Below, one piece after another: positions 19,186 through 27,729 of a DNA stretch of 64,000 nt (the first letter of the stretch is position 1; every line of letters starts with the position of its first letter). A program made the translations under genes and the position numbers. Source of the DNA: Clostridiales bacterium (GTDB taxonomy: Bacteria > Bacillota > Clostridia > TANB77 > CAG-508); the NCBI GenBank assembly GCA_019419955.1, contig JAHZIB010000004.1:21089-85088 (forward strand), given 5' to 3'. The notes below the pieces were generated by a model. That model made no database searches. It saw only the letters and a list, made by a program, of their open reading frames with translations, and was not told where the DNA came from.

Positions 19186-20278
19186 TTGCTCCATCTCCTT
19201 CTAAAATTTTATTTAAACATAACTTTTGATTATTATTATCAAAATCCCATGTATGTAAAGAACCACCTAAACAATATTTCCAATTATTACACTTGTTACA
19301 ACTTTCACATTTAAATTTATCTAAATTTCTAAACCATTTAAATTTATTTTCCCAAACATCCACAAAATCATCTGTTCTAACATTCCCCTGTATAAGTTCT
19401 TTTCTTCGTTCAACACTAGGACAAACATAAATATCACCATTATATAATATACTGGCTGTAACAAATCCTGCAATACAGAAGAACATATGATTTCTAACTT
19501 CTTTTTCATATTTCATACCTAGAAAATGAGAACAACCATAAGTAATATCAAATTTTGATTTTTTTCTCTTTTCTTTTATAAAATCTAACAAAATATTGTA
19601 TTCTTTATCATTAAGAAGTAAGTCTTGATTATCTGCTGTTCTACCAATTGGTTCCATATTTAATACTCTCCATGAATCTATCTGCAATACTTTTATTTCA
19701 TTATATAGTTCTTCTAATTCATTTAAATTTGATTTGTTTACAACTGTTGTTACTTGTAAATAATTTAGAAAATTAGCTTTTTTTAATTTTTTTATATTTT
19801 CAATTATTTTTGCATAAGAGCCTTGAACCTGTCTAAATTCATCATGGGATTTTTGTAGTCCATCTAAACTTATTGAAATTGTACTCATTCTAGTTTGTTT
19901 CATTTTTTCAATTATTTCATCATTTATCAATATGCCATTTGTGGTCATTCCCCAATAATAACCTAAATTATTTGCAAACTCCATTACTTCAAATAAATCT
20001 TGTCTTAATAATGGTTCTCCACCTGTCACATTTATTAAAATTTCTCTTGCATCATATTTATTTGCAATATTTTGTAATGTGTTTTTTATTTCTTCAGTAG
20101 TTAGTTCACCTTTTAAGTCAAGATTTTCTCCTGCTCGACTTCCACAATGTTTACATTTAGCATTACATCTAAGTGTTGTTTCCCAGAATAAATTTTTCAG
20201 TATAGGTTTTTCTGATAACAACTTTTTGTTTCTATAAGTAACTTCTGCTTCTCCATACTTTATTATTTCTTTTATCAT
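19178..20278 (-). CDS. Radical SAM enzyme with C-terminal SPASM/twitch-type Cys cluster
   Basis: CNAKCKHC is a CX3CX2C motif and VTGGEPLL is a SAM-binding motif. The C-terminal Cys cluster reads FFCIAG...GDIYVCPS...CESCNKCNNWKYCLGG. Confidence 0.8.
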   Translation of the reverse strand: MIKEIIKYGEAEVTYRNKKLLSEKPILKNLFWETTLRCNAKCKHCGSRAGENLDLKGELTTEEIKNTLQNIANKYDAREILINVTGGEPLLRQDLFEVMEFANNLGYYWGMTTNGILINDEIIEKMKQTRMSTISISLDGLQKSHDEFRQVQGSYAKIIENIKKLKKANFLNYLQVTTVVNKSNLNELEELYNEIKVLQIDSWRVLNMEPIGRTADNQDLLLNDKEYNILLDFIKEKRKKSKFDITYGCSHFLGMKYEKEVRNHMFFCIAGFVTASILYNGDIYVCPSVERRKELIQGNVRTDDFVDVWENKFKWFRNLDKFKCESCNKCNNWKYCLGGSLHTWDFDNNNQKLCLNKILEGDGANE

Positions 20279-20384
20279 ATTTAAATTCCTTTTTTTCTTT
20301 TACATTTTAGCATAATCATTAAAATTAGTCTAGTATAACTAAAATAATTCTTGGTCATTTATTACATCATATTTTAAACATTAT

Positions 20385-21419
20385 TTACATATTATCATCT
20401 TCATTTATATCAATATGTTTATTAATATCTTCTTCAGTTGGTAATTTATCTAACACTTCTTTTGGTAACTCATTTCTAACTTCATAAGAAGTAACACCTA
20501 TTGGAGTATTGGTACCTTTTAAAGCCCACTCTACTGATAATTTATCTTTACCTTTACAAAGTAGTAGTCCAATTGTTTGATTATCTAATTCTTTTCTTAA
20601 TGTTTCATCTACAGCTGTTACATAGAAGCTTAATTGTCCAATATATTCTGGCCTAAATTCTACATTCTTAAGTTCTACTACTATATAACATCTTAAATCT
20701 AAATGATAGAATAACATATCTATATAATAGTCTTGATTTTCTGTTGATATTTTATATTGATTTCCAACAAAACTAAATCCTTTACCTAATTCTAATAAAA
20801 CATTTTTTATTTTTTCCATCATTGCATTTTCAATATCTTTTTCAACTGCATTTTCTTTGATTCCTTCTAATTCAAATATATAAGGGTCTTTTATAACATC
20901 TCTTGCTAATTCGCTTTGAGGAATAGGTAATTTGTTTTCAAAATTTGTTAATTTATCTGAAATAGCTTGTCTTTCATATAATTGTAAATCTATTTGATGA
21001 TCTAAAACAGAGTATGCCCAACCATTTTCAAAGCATTTTTCTGCATACCATTCTCTAACATGCAATTCTTTAACTTTATCTAATAATAGATTGTTATGTG
21101 ACCATGGTAATTTTGCCAATGCCATTGGCAAATTTGATAAATCTTTATACTCTTCATAAAATTTTTTCATTCTCGACAAATTTCTTGTAGAAAAACCTGT
21201 ACTATCTGGAAATTCCAATTTTAAAGCAATAGAAAAATCCTTAATAAAATTATTTCCATACTTTGCATTCTCACTTACAATTTTTCCAAGTCTAAAATAT
21301 AACCTAATTAATTCCATATTAGCATTTTCTTGAACTTCATATCTTGTTTTTAAAATATCTTGTTTAGCATATAAAACTAAATCTTTAAATTCTTTATCTA
21401 ACATATTATTCTCTTCCAT
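20385..21419 (-). CDS. YhcG/DUF1016-type PD-(D/E)XK nuclease
   Basis: YIDMLFYHLDLRCYIVVELKNVEFRPEYIGQLSFY is a PD-(D/E)XK core. The N-terminal helical domain contains LSRMKKFYEEY and LPWSHN. I set the start at ATG 21419, with AGGAGG 6 nt upstream. Confidence 0.7.
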   Translation of the reverse strand: MEENNMLDKEFKDLVLYAKQDILKTRYEVQENANMELIRLYFRLGKIVSENAKYGNNFIKDFSIALKLEFPDSTGFSTRNLSRMKKFYEEYKDLSNLPMALAKLPWSHNNLLLDKVKELHVREWYAEKCFENGWAYSVLDHQIDLQLYERQAISDKLTNFENKLPIPQSELARDVIKDPYIFELEGIKENAVEKDIENAMMEKIKNVLLELGKGFSFVGNQYKISTENQDYYIDMLFYHLDLRCYIVVELKNVEFRPEYIGQLSFYVTAVDETLRKELDNQTIGLLLCKGKDKLSVEWALKGTNTPIGVTSYEVRNELPKEVLDKLPTEEDINKHIDINEDDNM

Positions 21420-21481
21420 TACAAACCTCCTAAAAATTAATATATTTTTGAATTTTGCCAATGGCGTTGGCAAAATTGATA

Positions 21482-22585
21482 TTACTTATTATTTAATAAC
21501 CACTCATAAACTTCATCTTCTGTTAATAATCCATGTTTCAATTTATTTACTTGAACTTTCGCATGTTTTTTCCACTCATCAAAATCTTTTTTCATTTGCT
21601 TGTTATCTTTATTTCTACCAACTGCCATTGACTTTTGTTGATATAATCTTCTGTATTCTGCTAATGCTTTGTTTTGTTTTAGTCTTTCATTGTAGGCTTG
21701 TACAGCTCCTTGAGCTCTACAAGTTTTTCCGTTTGCTTTTGGATAATCGCAATATATTTCATCTAGTCTTGAACTTGGTATAAAATACATACCGCAATTT
21801 TGACATTTCTTAATAGGGTAGTTAGCTGTTTTTACTAATTCTTCTAATACTGCATAACATATACTTGATAAGTCATTGCTTTGGTGTGTATCTATCATTG
21901 AAACAAACATACTATTATCTTTTAAGCTATTAAGTAATTTTTCTTCGCTATCGCCCATAAATTCAAGATATTTGTTTGAATAACTATCTCTAATTATATT
22001 GTCGTTTTTATTATAAGTATAAAGTTCGCCTTTTCTTTTTATTAAATATACTGCAAATCTTTGACTAGGTGTATATTCTTTTAATTCTTCTTTTTCTTCA
22101 ATATTATATATGTAATTTACTGCAAAAGTTAATTCTTGTTGTATTTCTTGAATTTGATATTGTAAATCGCTGTAAATTTTTGTAACTTTACTTATATATT
22201 CGGCATTGTCTTTATATTTCCCTTTTAATTCAAAAGTATATTCTTCATCTAATTCTTTTAATAATTCAAATCCATAAGCAAAAAAGAAAGTTTCATAAGC
22301 TGTTTCAAATGTTTCTAAATTTGCATTTAAAAATCTTAATAAAAACATACCAAATTTCTCGTTATAAGGAAAATATGTATTACCTGGGAATTTTAGTCCT
22401 TCTTCTGATTTTTCTACTTTTGCTTTTTTATTATAAAATATTTCTGCAATTCTTTCATCATTATCTACTTTTGTATCGTTTTGATAAAAATACATAGGCG
22501 TTGCATAATACTCTTGTTTTTTGTCTTTGTTAAACCAAATATAAAAACTATCAAAAAATTTATTTTCTGGTAAATTTGCTTTCAT
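21482..22585 (-). CDS. Conserved-looking hypothetical with a Zn-ribbon-like motif (KKCQNCGMYF...YCDY...KTCRAQGA) and a basic helical tail
   Basis: ORF with a GGAGG SD. It resembles proteins I recall being annotated DUF6076 next to integrases in clostridial elements. I have not verified this. Confidence 0.5.
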   Translation of the reverse strand: MKANLPENKFFDSFYIWFNKDKKQEYYATPMYFYQNDTKVDNDERIAEIFYNKKAKVEKSEEGLKFPGNTYFPYNEKFGMFLLRFLNANLETFETAYETFFFAYGFELLKELDEEYTFELKGKYKDNAEYISKVTKIYSDLQYQIQEIQQELTFAVNYIYNIEEKEELKEYTPSQRFAVYLIKRKGELYTYNKNDNIIRDSYSNKYLEFMGDSEEKLLNSLKDNSMFVSMIDTHQSNDLSSICYAVLEELVKTANYPIKKCQNCGMYFIPSSRLDEIYCDYPKANGKTCRAQGAVQAYNERLKQNKALAEYRRLYQQKSMAVGRNKDNKQMKKDFDEWKKHAKVQVNKLKHGLLTEDEVYEWLLNNK

Positions 22586-22641
22586 TTCAATATTTCCTCC
22601 AATTCTCTGTTAACAATTTTTATTTTTTTTACAATTTGTTG

Positions 22642-22670
22642 TTGACATTCTATAATTATTATACTATAAT
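22642..22670 (+). promoter_or_regulatory. Perfect consensus sigma-A promoter (TTGACA-17-TATAAT) feeding a leader of about 280 nt before xis/int
   Basis: TTGACAttctataattattatacTATAAT. Confidence 0.65.
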
Positions 22671-22956
22671 GTTATCATTATTACAATAGTTTTGCAAATA
22701 AAAATTGCAAACAAGGAAAGCACATTGAAAAATACACTAAAAATTTAGTGTCATATGAAAGTATTATGGAACACAATAATGATACTTCGGCTTGGCTTAA
22801 CGTGATGTTGAGGAGTCGCTCGGCTAACAGCGGAGAGGTGAAAGTCCTATGTAGGTAAAACTAACTATAATATTCCTTTAAGTAGATAGGACGGTTAAAA
22901 AATCTACTAAAAACTATATGCAAAATTTTGATTTTACAAGAAATGGAGGAACAGAA

Positions 22957-23157
22957 GTGAAATATAACAACTACACTCAAGAAATGTTTGCTGATTATCC
23001 TGATGTTGTTGATGTATCTGGACTACGAACAATGCTAGGCAATATTGGCAGACAAACGGCATACGAATTAGTACGAAAAGGTACTATTAAAGCAATTAAA
23101 GTTGGAAAGCTATACAGAATACCTAAGATAAATGTTATCGCTTTTTTAACTCAATAA
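22957..23157 (+). CDS. xis: Excisionase-family helix-turn-helix protein
   Basis: VDVSGLRTMLGNIGRQTAYELVRKGTIKAIKVGKLYRIPK is an MerR-like excisionase HTH. I prefer GTG 22957 (GGAGG 7 nt upstream) over ATG 22918. Confidence 0.7.
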   Translation: MKYNNYTQEMFADYPDVVDVSGLRTMLGNIGRQTAYELVRKGTIKAIKVGKLYRIPKINVIAFLTQ

Positions 23158-23190
23158 AAATACTGTTTAAAATTAAGAAAGGAGATTTTA

Positions 23191-24450
23191 ATGTATAACA
23201 TAACAGCATATTTAACAATTAAGAATAAGACTTTTTATACAGTATTAACTTACTATGTAGATGGCATTAGAAAAATGAAATGGGTATCTACAGGATTTAA
23301 AGAAAATGAAAGTAAGAAAAAAGCTGAAAAGAAACTTATTCAAATAAGAGATGAATTTAAAAATAAACTAGAAACAATAACAACTACAAAAACAGAAGAT
23401 AAAAAAGTACAAATATTATTTTCAGACTTTATGATTAAATGGCTTGATATGATAAAACATCAAGTAGAAGAATCCACATATACAGGTTATAAAAGACAAA
23501 TTGAAGGCAGAACAAAAGAATATTTTACTAAAAATACAGTAATGCTAGAAGATTTAAAACCCGTTCATATTTTAGATTTTTATAATTGGTTATATTCACA
23601 AGGATTAAAAGGAAATACAGTTGTAAAATATCATGCTAATATTAGAAAAGCATTAGATTATGCAGTGCAAACAGACTTAATACAAAGTAATCCAACCATA
23701 AAAGTTGGTAGACCACAGCAAGAGCAATTTATTGCTGACTATTATAATGAAGAAGAATTAAATAATTTATTCAAAGTAGTAAAAGACACACCTTTAGAAT
23801 TAATTGTTTATTTAACTGCTTTCTATGGATTACGAAGAAGTGAAGTTTTAGGTATTAGATGGTCTGCGATAGATTTTAAAAATAAAACGATTACTATAAG
23901 CCATAAAGTAGTAACAGTTACTGATGAAAATGAAAATAGTAAAACAAAAACTAGAACAATTGCTAGAAGAAAAACAAAGAATAAGTCTAGTTATAGAACA
24001 TTACCTTTATTCAAAGAAATAGAAGAACTTTTACTATATACTAGAAAAATGCAAGAATACTATATGTCTATATTTAAAAAAAGTTACAATAAACAATATA
24101 AAGATTATGTTTGTTTAGATGAGTTAGGAAATTTAAGAAAGCCTGACTATGTTAGTCATAAATTTAAACAAATATTAAAGAATAATGGTTTGAGAGAGAT
24201 AAGATTTCACGATTTAAGACATAGTTGTGCTACATTACTTGTTAAAAAAGGAATATCTTTAAGAGAAATACAAGATTGGCTAGGACATTCAAGTTCTAAA
24301 ACAACAGAAAGATATGCACATTTAGATTCGAGTACAAAGATTAAATCTGCAACAGCTATTGAAAATGCATTAAGCAATAATTACAATAAAAAAGATATAT
24401 TAGATCTGGATTCTAATACATCTACTAAAGAAAATATTTCAAATTGTTAG
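23191..24450 (+). CDS. int: Tyrosine-type site-specific integrase
   Basis: The motifs are YGLRRSEVLGIRW (catalytic Arg), RFHDLRHSCATLL (HxxR) and WLGHSS...ERYAH (His and the Tyr nucleophile). AAAGGAG SD is upstream. Confidence 0.9.
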   Translation: MYNITAYLTIKNKTFYTVLTYYVDGIRKMKWVSTGFKENESKKKAEKKLIQIRDEFKNKLETITTTKTEDKKVQILFSDFMIKWLDMIKHQVEESTYTGYKRQIEGRTKEYFTKNTVMLEDLKPVHILDFYNWLYSQGLKGNTVVKYHANIRKALDYAVQTDLIQSNPTIKVGRPQQEQFIADYYNEEELNNLFKVVKDTPLELIVYLTAFYGLRRSEVLGIRWSAIDFKNKTITISHKVVTVTDENENSKTKTRTIARRKTKNKSSYRTLPLFKEIEELLLYTRKMQEYYMSIFKKSYNKQYKDYVCLDELGNLRKPDYVSHKFKQILKNNGLREIRFHDLRHSCATLLVKKGISLREIQDWLGHSSSKTTERYAHLDSSTKIKSATAIENALSNNYNKKDILDLDSNTSTKENISNC

Positions 24451-24467
24451 AAATTTGTTAGAAAAAT
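24445..24467 (+). promoter_or_regulatory. Arm-type repeat, tRNA-proximal end
   Basis: TGTTAGAAATTTGTTAGAAAAAT overlaps the int stop codon. It pairs with 16662-16684. Confidence 0.5.
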
Positions 24468-24525
24468 CTAGCAATTTTATTATAAAAGCATCAAGGTTAA
24501 TCTTACAAACTCCTTGATGCTCTTA

Positions 24526-24613
24526 TGGTGCAGATGGCCGGAATCGAACCGGCACGGTTTATTCAACCGCAGGATTTTAAGTCCTGTGCGTCTACCAGTT
24601 CCGCCACATCTGC
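24526..24613 (-). tRNA. tRNA-Leu(UAA): tRNA-Leu (anticodon UAA), with encoded CCA
   Basis: The reverse complement GCAGATGTGGCGGAACTGGTAGACGCACAGGACTTAAAATCCTGCGGTTGAATAAACCGTGCCGGTTCGATTCCGGCCATCTGCACCA folds as a class II cloverleaf. The acceptor stem has 7 bp, the anticodon loop is CTTAAAA, there is a long variable arm, and the T-loop is GGTTCGATTCC. Confidence 0.9.
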
Positions 24614-24635
24614 ATTTGTAGAACTGACAATTGTT

Positions 24636-24665
24636 ATTTTACTACGTTTTACTAATGTTTGTCAA
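24636..24665 (-). promoter_or_regulatory. Sigma-A promoter of tRNA-Leu
   Basis: The reverse complement reads TTGACA-18 nt-TAAAAT, about 21 nt upstream of the mature 5' end. Confidence 0.5.
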
Positions 24666-24882
24666 TAGTTATATTGAAATTTCTAAAATTTATTATTATT
24701 CGTCAATTGAAAAATTAAATGCGATTAAAAAGTAAAATTCAATTTACAAGTGTAGTGCAATTTTTGAGAAAAAATTTATAATTTATGCTTATATTATGAT
24801 TGACAGTTATGTTAATTTTATAGTACAATTTTAAAAGAACTTTTTTTGTTCTGACCACCTTATATTAAAGGAGGAGAGTATT

Positions 24883-25038
24883 GTGAAATACATATGGCAG
24901 AAGCGGATAGAAGAAATGCCGCGAGAGAATGGCTTTCTATCATCAGAAGCTTTATATGAGCTTTTGAAAATTATTCAAGCTACTACTGATGAGAAAGAAA
25001 GAAAACTCGCTCTTGAGTTGTACCATTCACATAATTAA
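24883..25038 (+). CDS. Stand-alone small protein (51 aa), unknown function
   Basis: It has its own promoter (TTGACA 24800-18 nt-TACAAT), AGGAGG 8 nt before GTG, and a terminator at 25056-25078. GC content is locally higher. The sequence is VKYIWQKRIEEMPRENGFLSSEALYELLKIIQATTDEKERKLALELYHSHN. Confidence 0.5.
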   Translation: MKYIWQKRIEEMPRENGFLSSEALYELLKIIQATTDEKERKLALELYHSHN

Positions 25039-25055
25039 TTTGCTAATTTCACAAT

Positions 25056-25078
25056 GGGAGCCATTGAGCTCCCTTTTT
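25056..25078 (+). terminator. Rho-independent terminator
   Basis: GGGAGC cattga GCTCCC followed by TTTTT. Confidence 0.75.
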
Positions 25079-25174
25079 GTTGCACCAGAAAGCCAGCAAT
25101 AAATTTCCAGCGCAACAAGGGTTAAATTTTCTTGAGTTATATTTAATGATGTAATATTGTTTAAATCAATTACA

Positions 25175-27028
25175 CTATTCTACTGTAACTGATTTTGCAA
25201 GATTTCTTGGTTTATCTACATCGAGCCCCTTTAATTTAGAAATATAATAAGATAAAAGTTGCATTGGTACAACAGAAAGGATAGGTGAAATTAATGGGTT
25301 TGTTTCAGGAATGTTTATTATATATTCAAAGTGACTATTTGGAATAATTTGATTAGTAATTATTAAAGTTTTAGCACCTCTAGTAATAACTTCCTGAATA
25401 TTACTTATGGATTTTTCCACTAAAACTGGGTTAGTTATAATTCCTATAACTGTAATACCATTTTCTATTAGGGCAATCGGACCATGCTTTAATTCTCCAG
25501 CAGCATATGCTTCTGAATGAATGTATGAAATTTCCTTTAATTTTAATGAACCTTCTAATGCTACATTGTAGTCTGTTCCTCTGCCTAAGAAAAACATATC
25601 TTTTTCAGTGTATGTTTTTTTTGCAAATTCCTTAATTTGGCTGGTATTATCCAATATTTGTTCAATCTTAGAAGGTAAGTCAATTATGTCTGACTTTAAT
25701 TCTTCTATAGTTTTATTTTCAACACTACCTAAAACCTCAGCGAAATGCATTGCTAATATTGCTACAAGAACTACTTGAGATGTATAAGCTTTTGTTGAAG
25801 CGACGGCAATTTCTGGACCTGCATGTGTGTATATTGAATAATCTGCTTCTCTTGTGATAGAACTACCTATGACATTAGATATTGCTAAGGTTTTGGCACC
25901 TTTTGATTTAGCAAGTTTTAGTGCAGCAATAGTATCAGCAGTTTCACCTGACTGACTAATATATATGCATAAGGTATGCTTATCAATAATTGGATTTCTA
26001 TATCTAAATTCAGATGCAATATCTACTTCTGTTGGTATTTGACATAGTTTTTCAAATAAGTTTTTTCCAACTAAACCAGCATGCATAGCAGTACCACATG
26101 CTACAATGAATATTCTATTTATACTAGACAAATATTCTTTTGTAAATTCAATATCATTAAAAGAGCATTTTTCTCCTAAACGAAATCGCGAACCGATTGT
26201 TTCTCTTATTGCAGTTGGTTGCTCAAAAATTTCTTTGAGCATATAATCTTCATATCCATCTTTTCCAACTGAATTAGCATCCCACTCAATATTTTTAATT
26301 GCTTTATTATGTTCAGTCAAACTGTTATCAAAGAATCTAATGTTTTCTCTCTTTATTACAGCGAATTCATTATCATCTAATAGGTAAAATTCTTTTGTAT
26401 ATTTTAAAATAGCAGGAATATCAGATGCAATGAAATTTTCTTCCTTTCCTTTTCCTATAACAAGGGGACTATCTTTTCTAACTACTACAATTTGATCAGG
26501 ACAGATTGGAGATATTACTTCAATTGCATAGCTGCCTTTTAAATCATATACCGCCGATTTTACTGCGCCTAAAAATTTTTCTTCCGAATCTTTTAAAATT
26601 GAAACTGAACCATTTGTATAATAATAGTGGATTAAATTAGGTATAATTTCGGTGTCGGTTTGAGAAACAAAGTTATAACCTTTAGAAACTAAAAACTCTT
26701 TTAAGGCATTATAATTTTCAATAATTCCATTATGTACAACAGCAAAAGTACCACTGTTATCAATATGAGGATGAGAATTTTCTTTTGAAGGTTTACCATG
26801 AGTAGCCCATCTTGTATGAGCAATACCAACTGTAGCTTCAAGATTGTCAATGCCATCTAATTCATACAAATTTTTTACTCTGCCTTTGTCTTTCATAACT
26901 TTTATTGCATCTTTTTCAACAACTGCAATACCAGCAGAGTCATATCCTCTATATTCTAGGCTCATAAGACCATCAATCAATATTGGTGTAGCCTTTTTAT
27001 TACCAATATATCCAACAATTCCACACAT
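25175..27028 (-). CDS. glmS: Glutamine--fructose-6-phosphate aminotransferase
   Basis: The N-terminus MCGIVGYIG is followed by two SIS domains and the C-terminus KPRNLAKSVTVE. Confidence 0.95.
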   Translation of the reverse strand: MCGIVGYIGNKKATPILIDGLMSLEYRGYDSAGIAVVEKDAIKVMKDKGRVKNLYELDGIDNLEATVGIAHTRWATHGKPSKENSHPHIDNSGTFAVVHNGIIENYNALKEFLVSKGYNFVSQTDTEIIPNLIHYYYTNGSVSILKDSEEKFLGAVKSAVYDLKGSYAIEVISPICPDQIVVVRKDSPLVIGKGKEENFIASDIPAILKYTKEFYLLDDNEFAVIKRENIRFFDNSLTEHNKAIKNIEWDANSVGKDGYEDYMLKEIFEQPTAIRETIGSRFRLGEKCSFNDIEFTKEYLSSINRIFIVACGTAMHAGLVGKNLFEKLCQIPTEVDIASEFRYRNPIIDKHTLCIYISQSGETADTIAALKLAKSKGAKTLAISNVIGSSITREADYSIYTHAGPEIAVASTKAYTSQVVLVAILAMHFAEVLGSVENKTIEELKSDIIDLPSKIEQILDNTSQIKEFAKKTYTEKDMFFLGRGTDYNVALEGSLKLKEISYIHSEAYAAGELKHGPIALIENGITVIGIITNPVLVEKSISNIQEVITRGAKTLIITNQIIPNSHFEYIINIPETNPLISPILSVVPMQLLSYYISKLKGLDVDKPRNLAKSVTVE

Positions 27029-27277
27029 AGGAACCCTCCTTTTACTACTTTATTACCAGTATATTACTATAGTTTAAACAATGTGTCAATTAGTTTTTAT
27101 ATATCTAATCAATAAAATGAAACAATAACAAAATACAAGAAACACATATAACGTGTTAATAATAAGGCAAAATATTACCCATTAACAATAGTTATAAAAA
27201 ATAACAAAGAAGTATTGAATAAAAAAATGGCTAATGATATAATAACATATATATACTAACAAGAGAGGGAAATTAAT

Positions 27278-27625
27278 ATGGGACTAGCTGTAATAATATA
27301 TATATTATTACTAATAATTTTTGGTCTGATTGCTTTTTCAGTATTACAGTTAAAGCTAGCAGGAATAAGAGTTAAAGATTTCTGGAGTTTTATTCAAGCA
27401 AACCAAATGTTAGATAAGTTATATATTTTTTCAAAGAAATATCAGCTCATGACACCACAGGAACAGATTGTTTTTCTAAGTGAGGCAGAAAAGGTTTTTA
27501 ATGCTTTTGACAAAATACCAGATATGGTATGGGAAGAAGAATACAGAAAGTATTCACAAGTGGTCGAAGCATATAAAAATATTAGAGTTGAAAGATGGAG
27601 CAATAGAAACTCAGGTAATAATTAG
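27278..27625 (+). CDS. Hypothetical membrane protein
   Basis: ORF with an N-terminal TM helix. Confidence 0.5.
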   Translation: MGLAVIIYILLLIIFGLIAFSVLQLKLAGIRVKDFWSFIQANQMLDKLYIFSKKYQLMTPQEQIVFLSEAEKVFNAFDKIPDMVWEEEYRKYSQVVEAYKNIRVERWSNRNSGNN

Positions 27626-27729
27626 TAAAAAATTGCATATAATATATTATATGTAATTTTTTTGTGCGAAATTTTGAGGGAAGGAGTGTATGGTTATTTA
27701 AAATACTAAATATACCATACAAAAACAAA

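Larger units (their letters stand above)
16452..24582. mobile_element. Integrative mobilizable element (IME) inserted in tRNA-Leu(UAA)
   Basis: It has a 57-bp direct repeat at both ends, and int and xis sit next to the tRNA. It also carries RepA_N, a MobV relaxase with an oriT-like hairpin, and paired arm-type repeats inside both ends. Confidence 0.8.

Noticed and set aside
20279-20384. A 25-codon ORF (MTKNYFSYTRLILMIMLKCKRKKGI) just upstream of the radical SAM gene, considered as a possible precursor peptide.
   Set aside because: It has no SD. It begins upstream of the putative -35/-10 of the radical SAM promoter, and it is not Cys- or Gly-rich like known SPASM substrates. The verdict is weak, because I cannot check conservation here.
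25079-25174. GC-rich stem TTGTTGCGCTGG...CTGGTGCAACAA downstream of glmS, considered as a structured RNA.
   Set aside because: It is most simply the glmS-side hairpin of a bidirectional terminator region shared with the small gene at 24883-25038. There is no further conserved-looking structure.
27029-27277. Looked for a glmS ribozyme in the leader upstream of glmS (minus strand).
   Set aside because: The region is plain AT-rich DNA. It lacks the conserved GC-rich pseudoknotted core that I remember for the glmS ribozyme, and no convincing helices are present.
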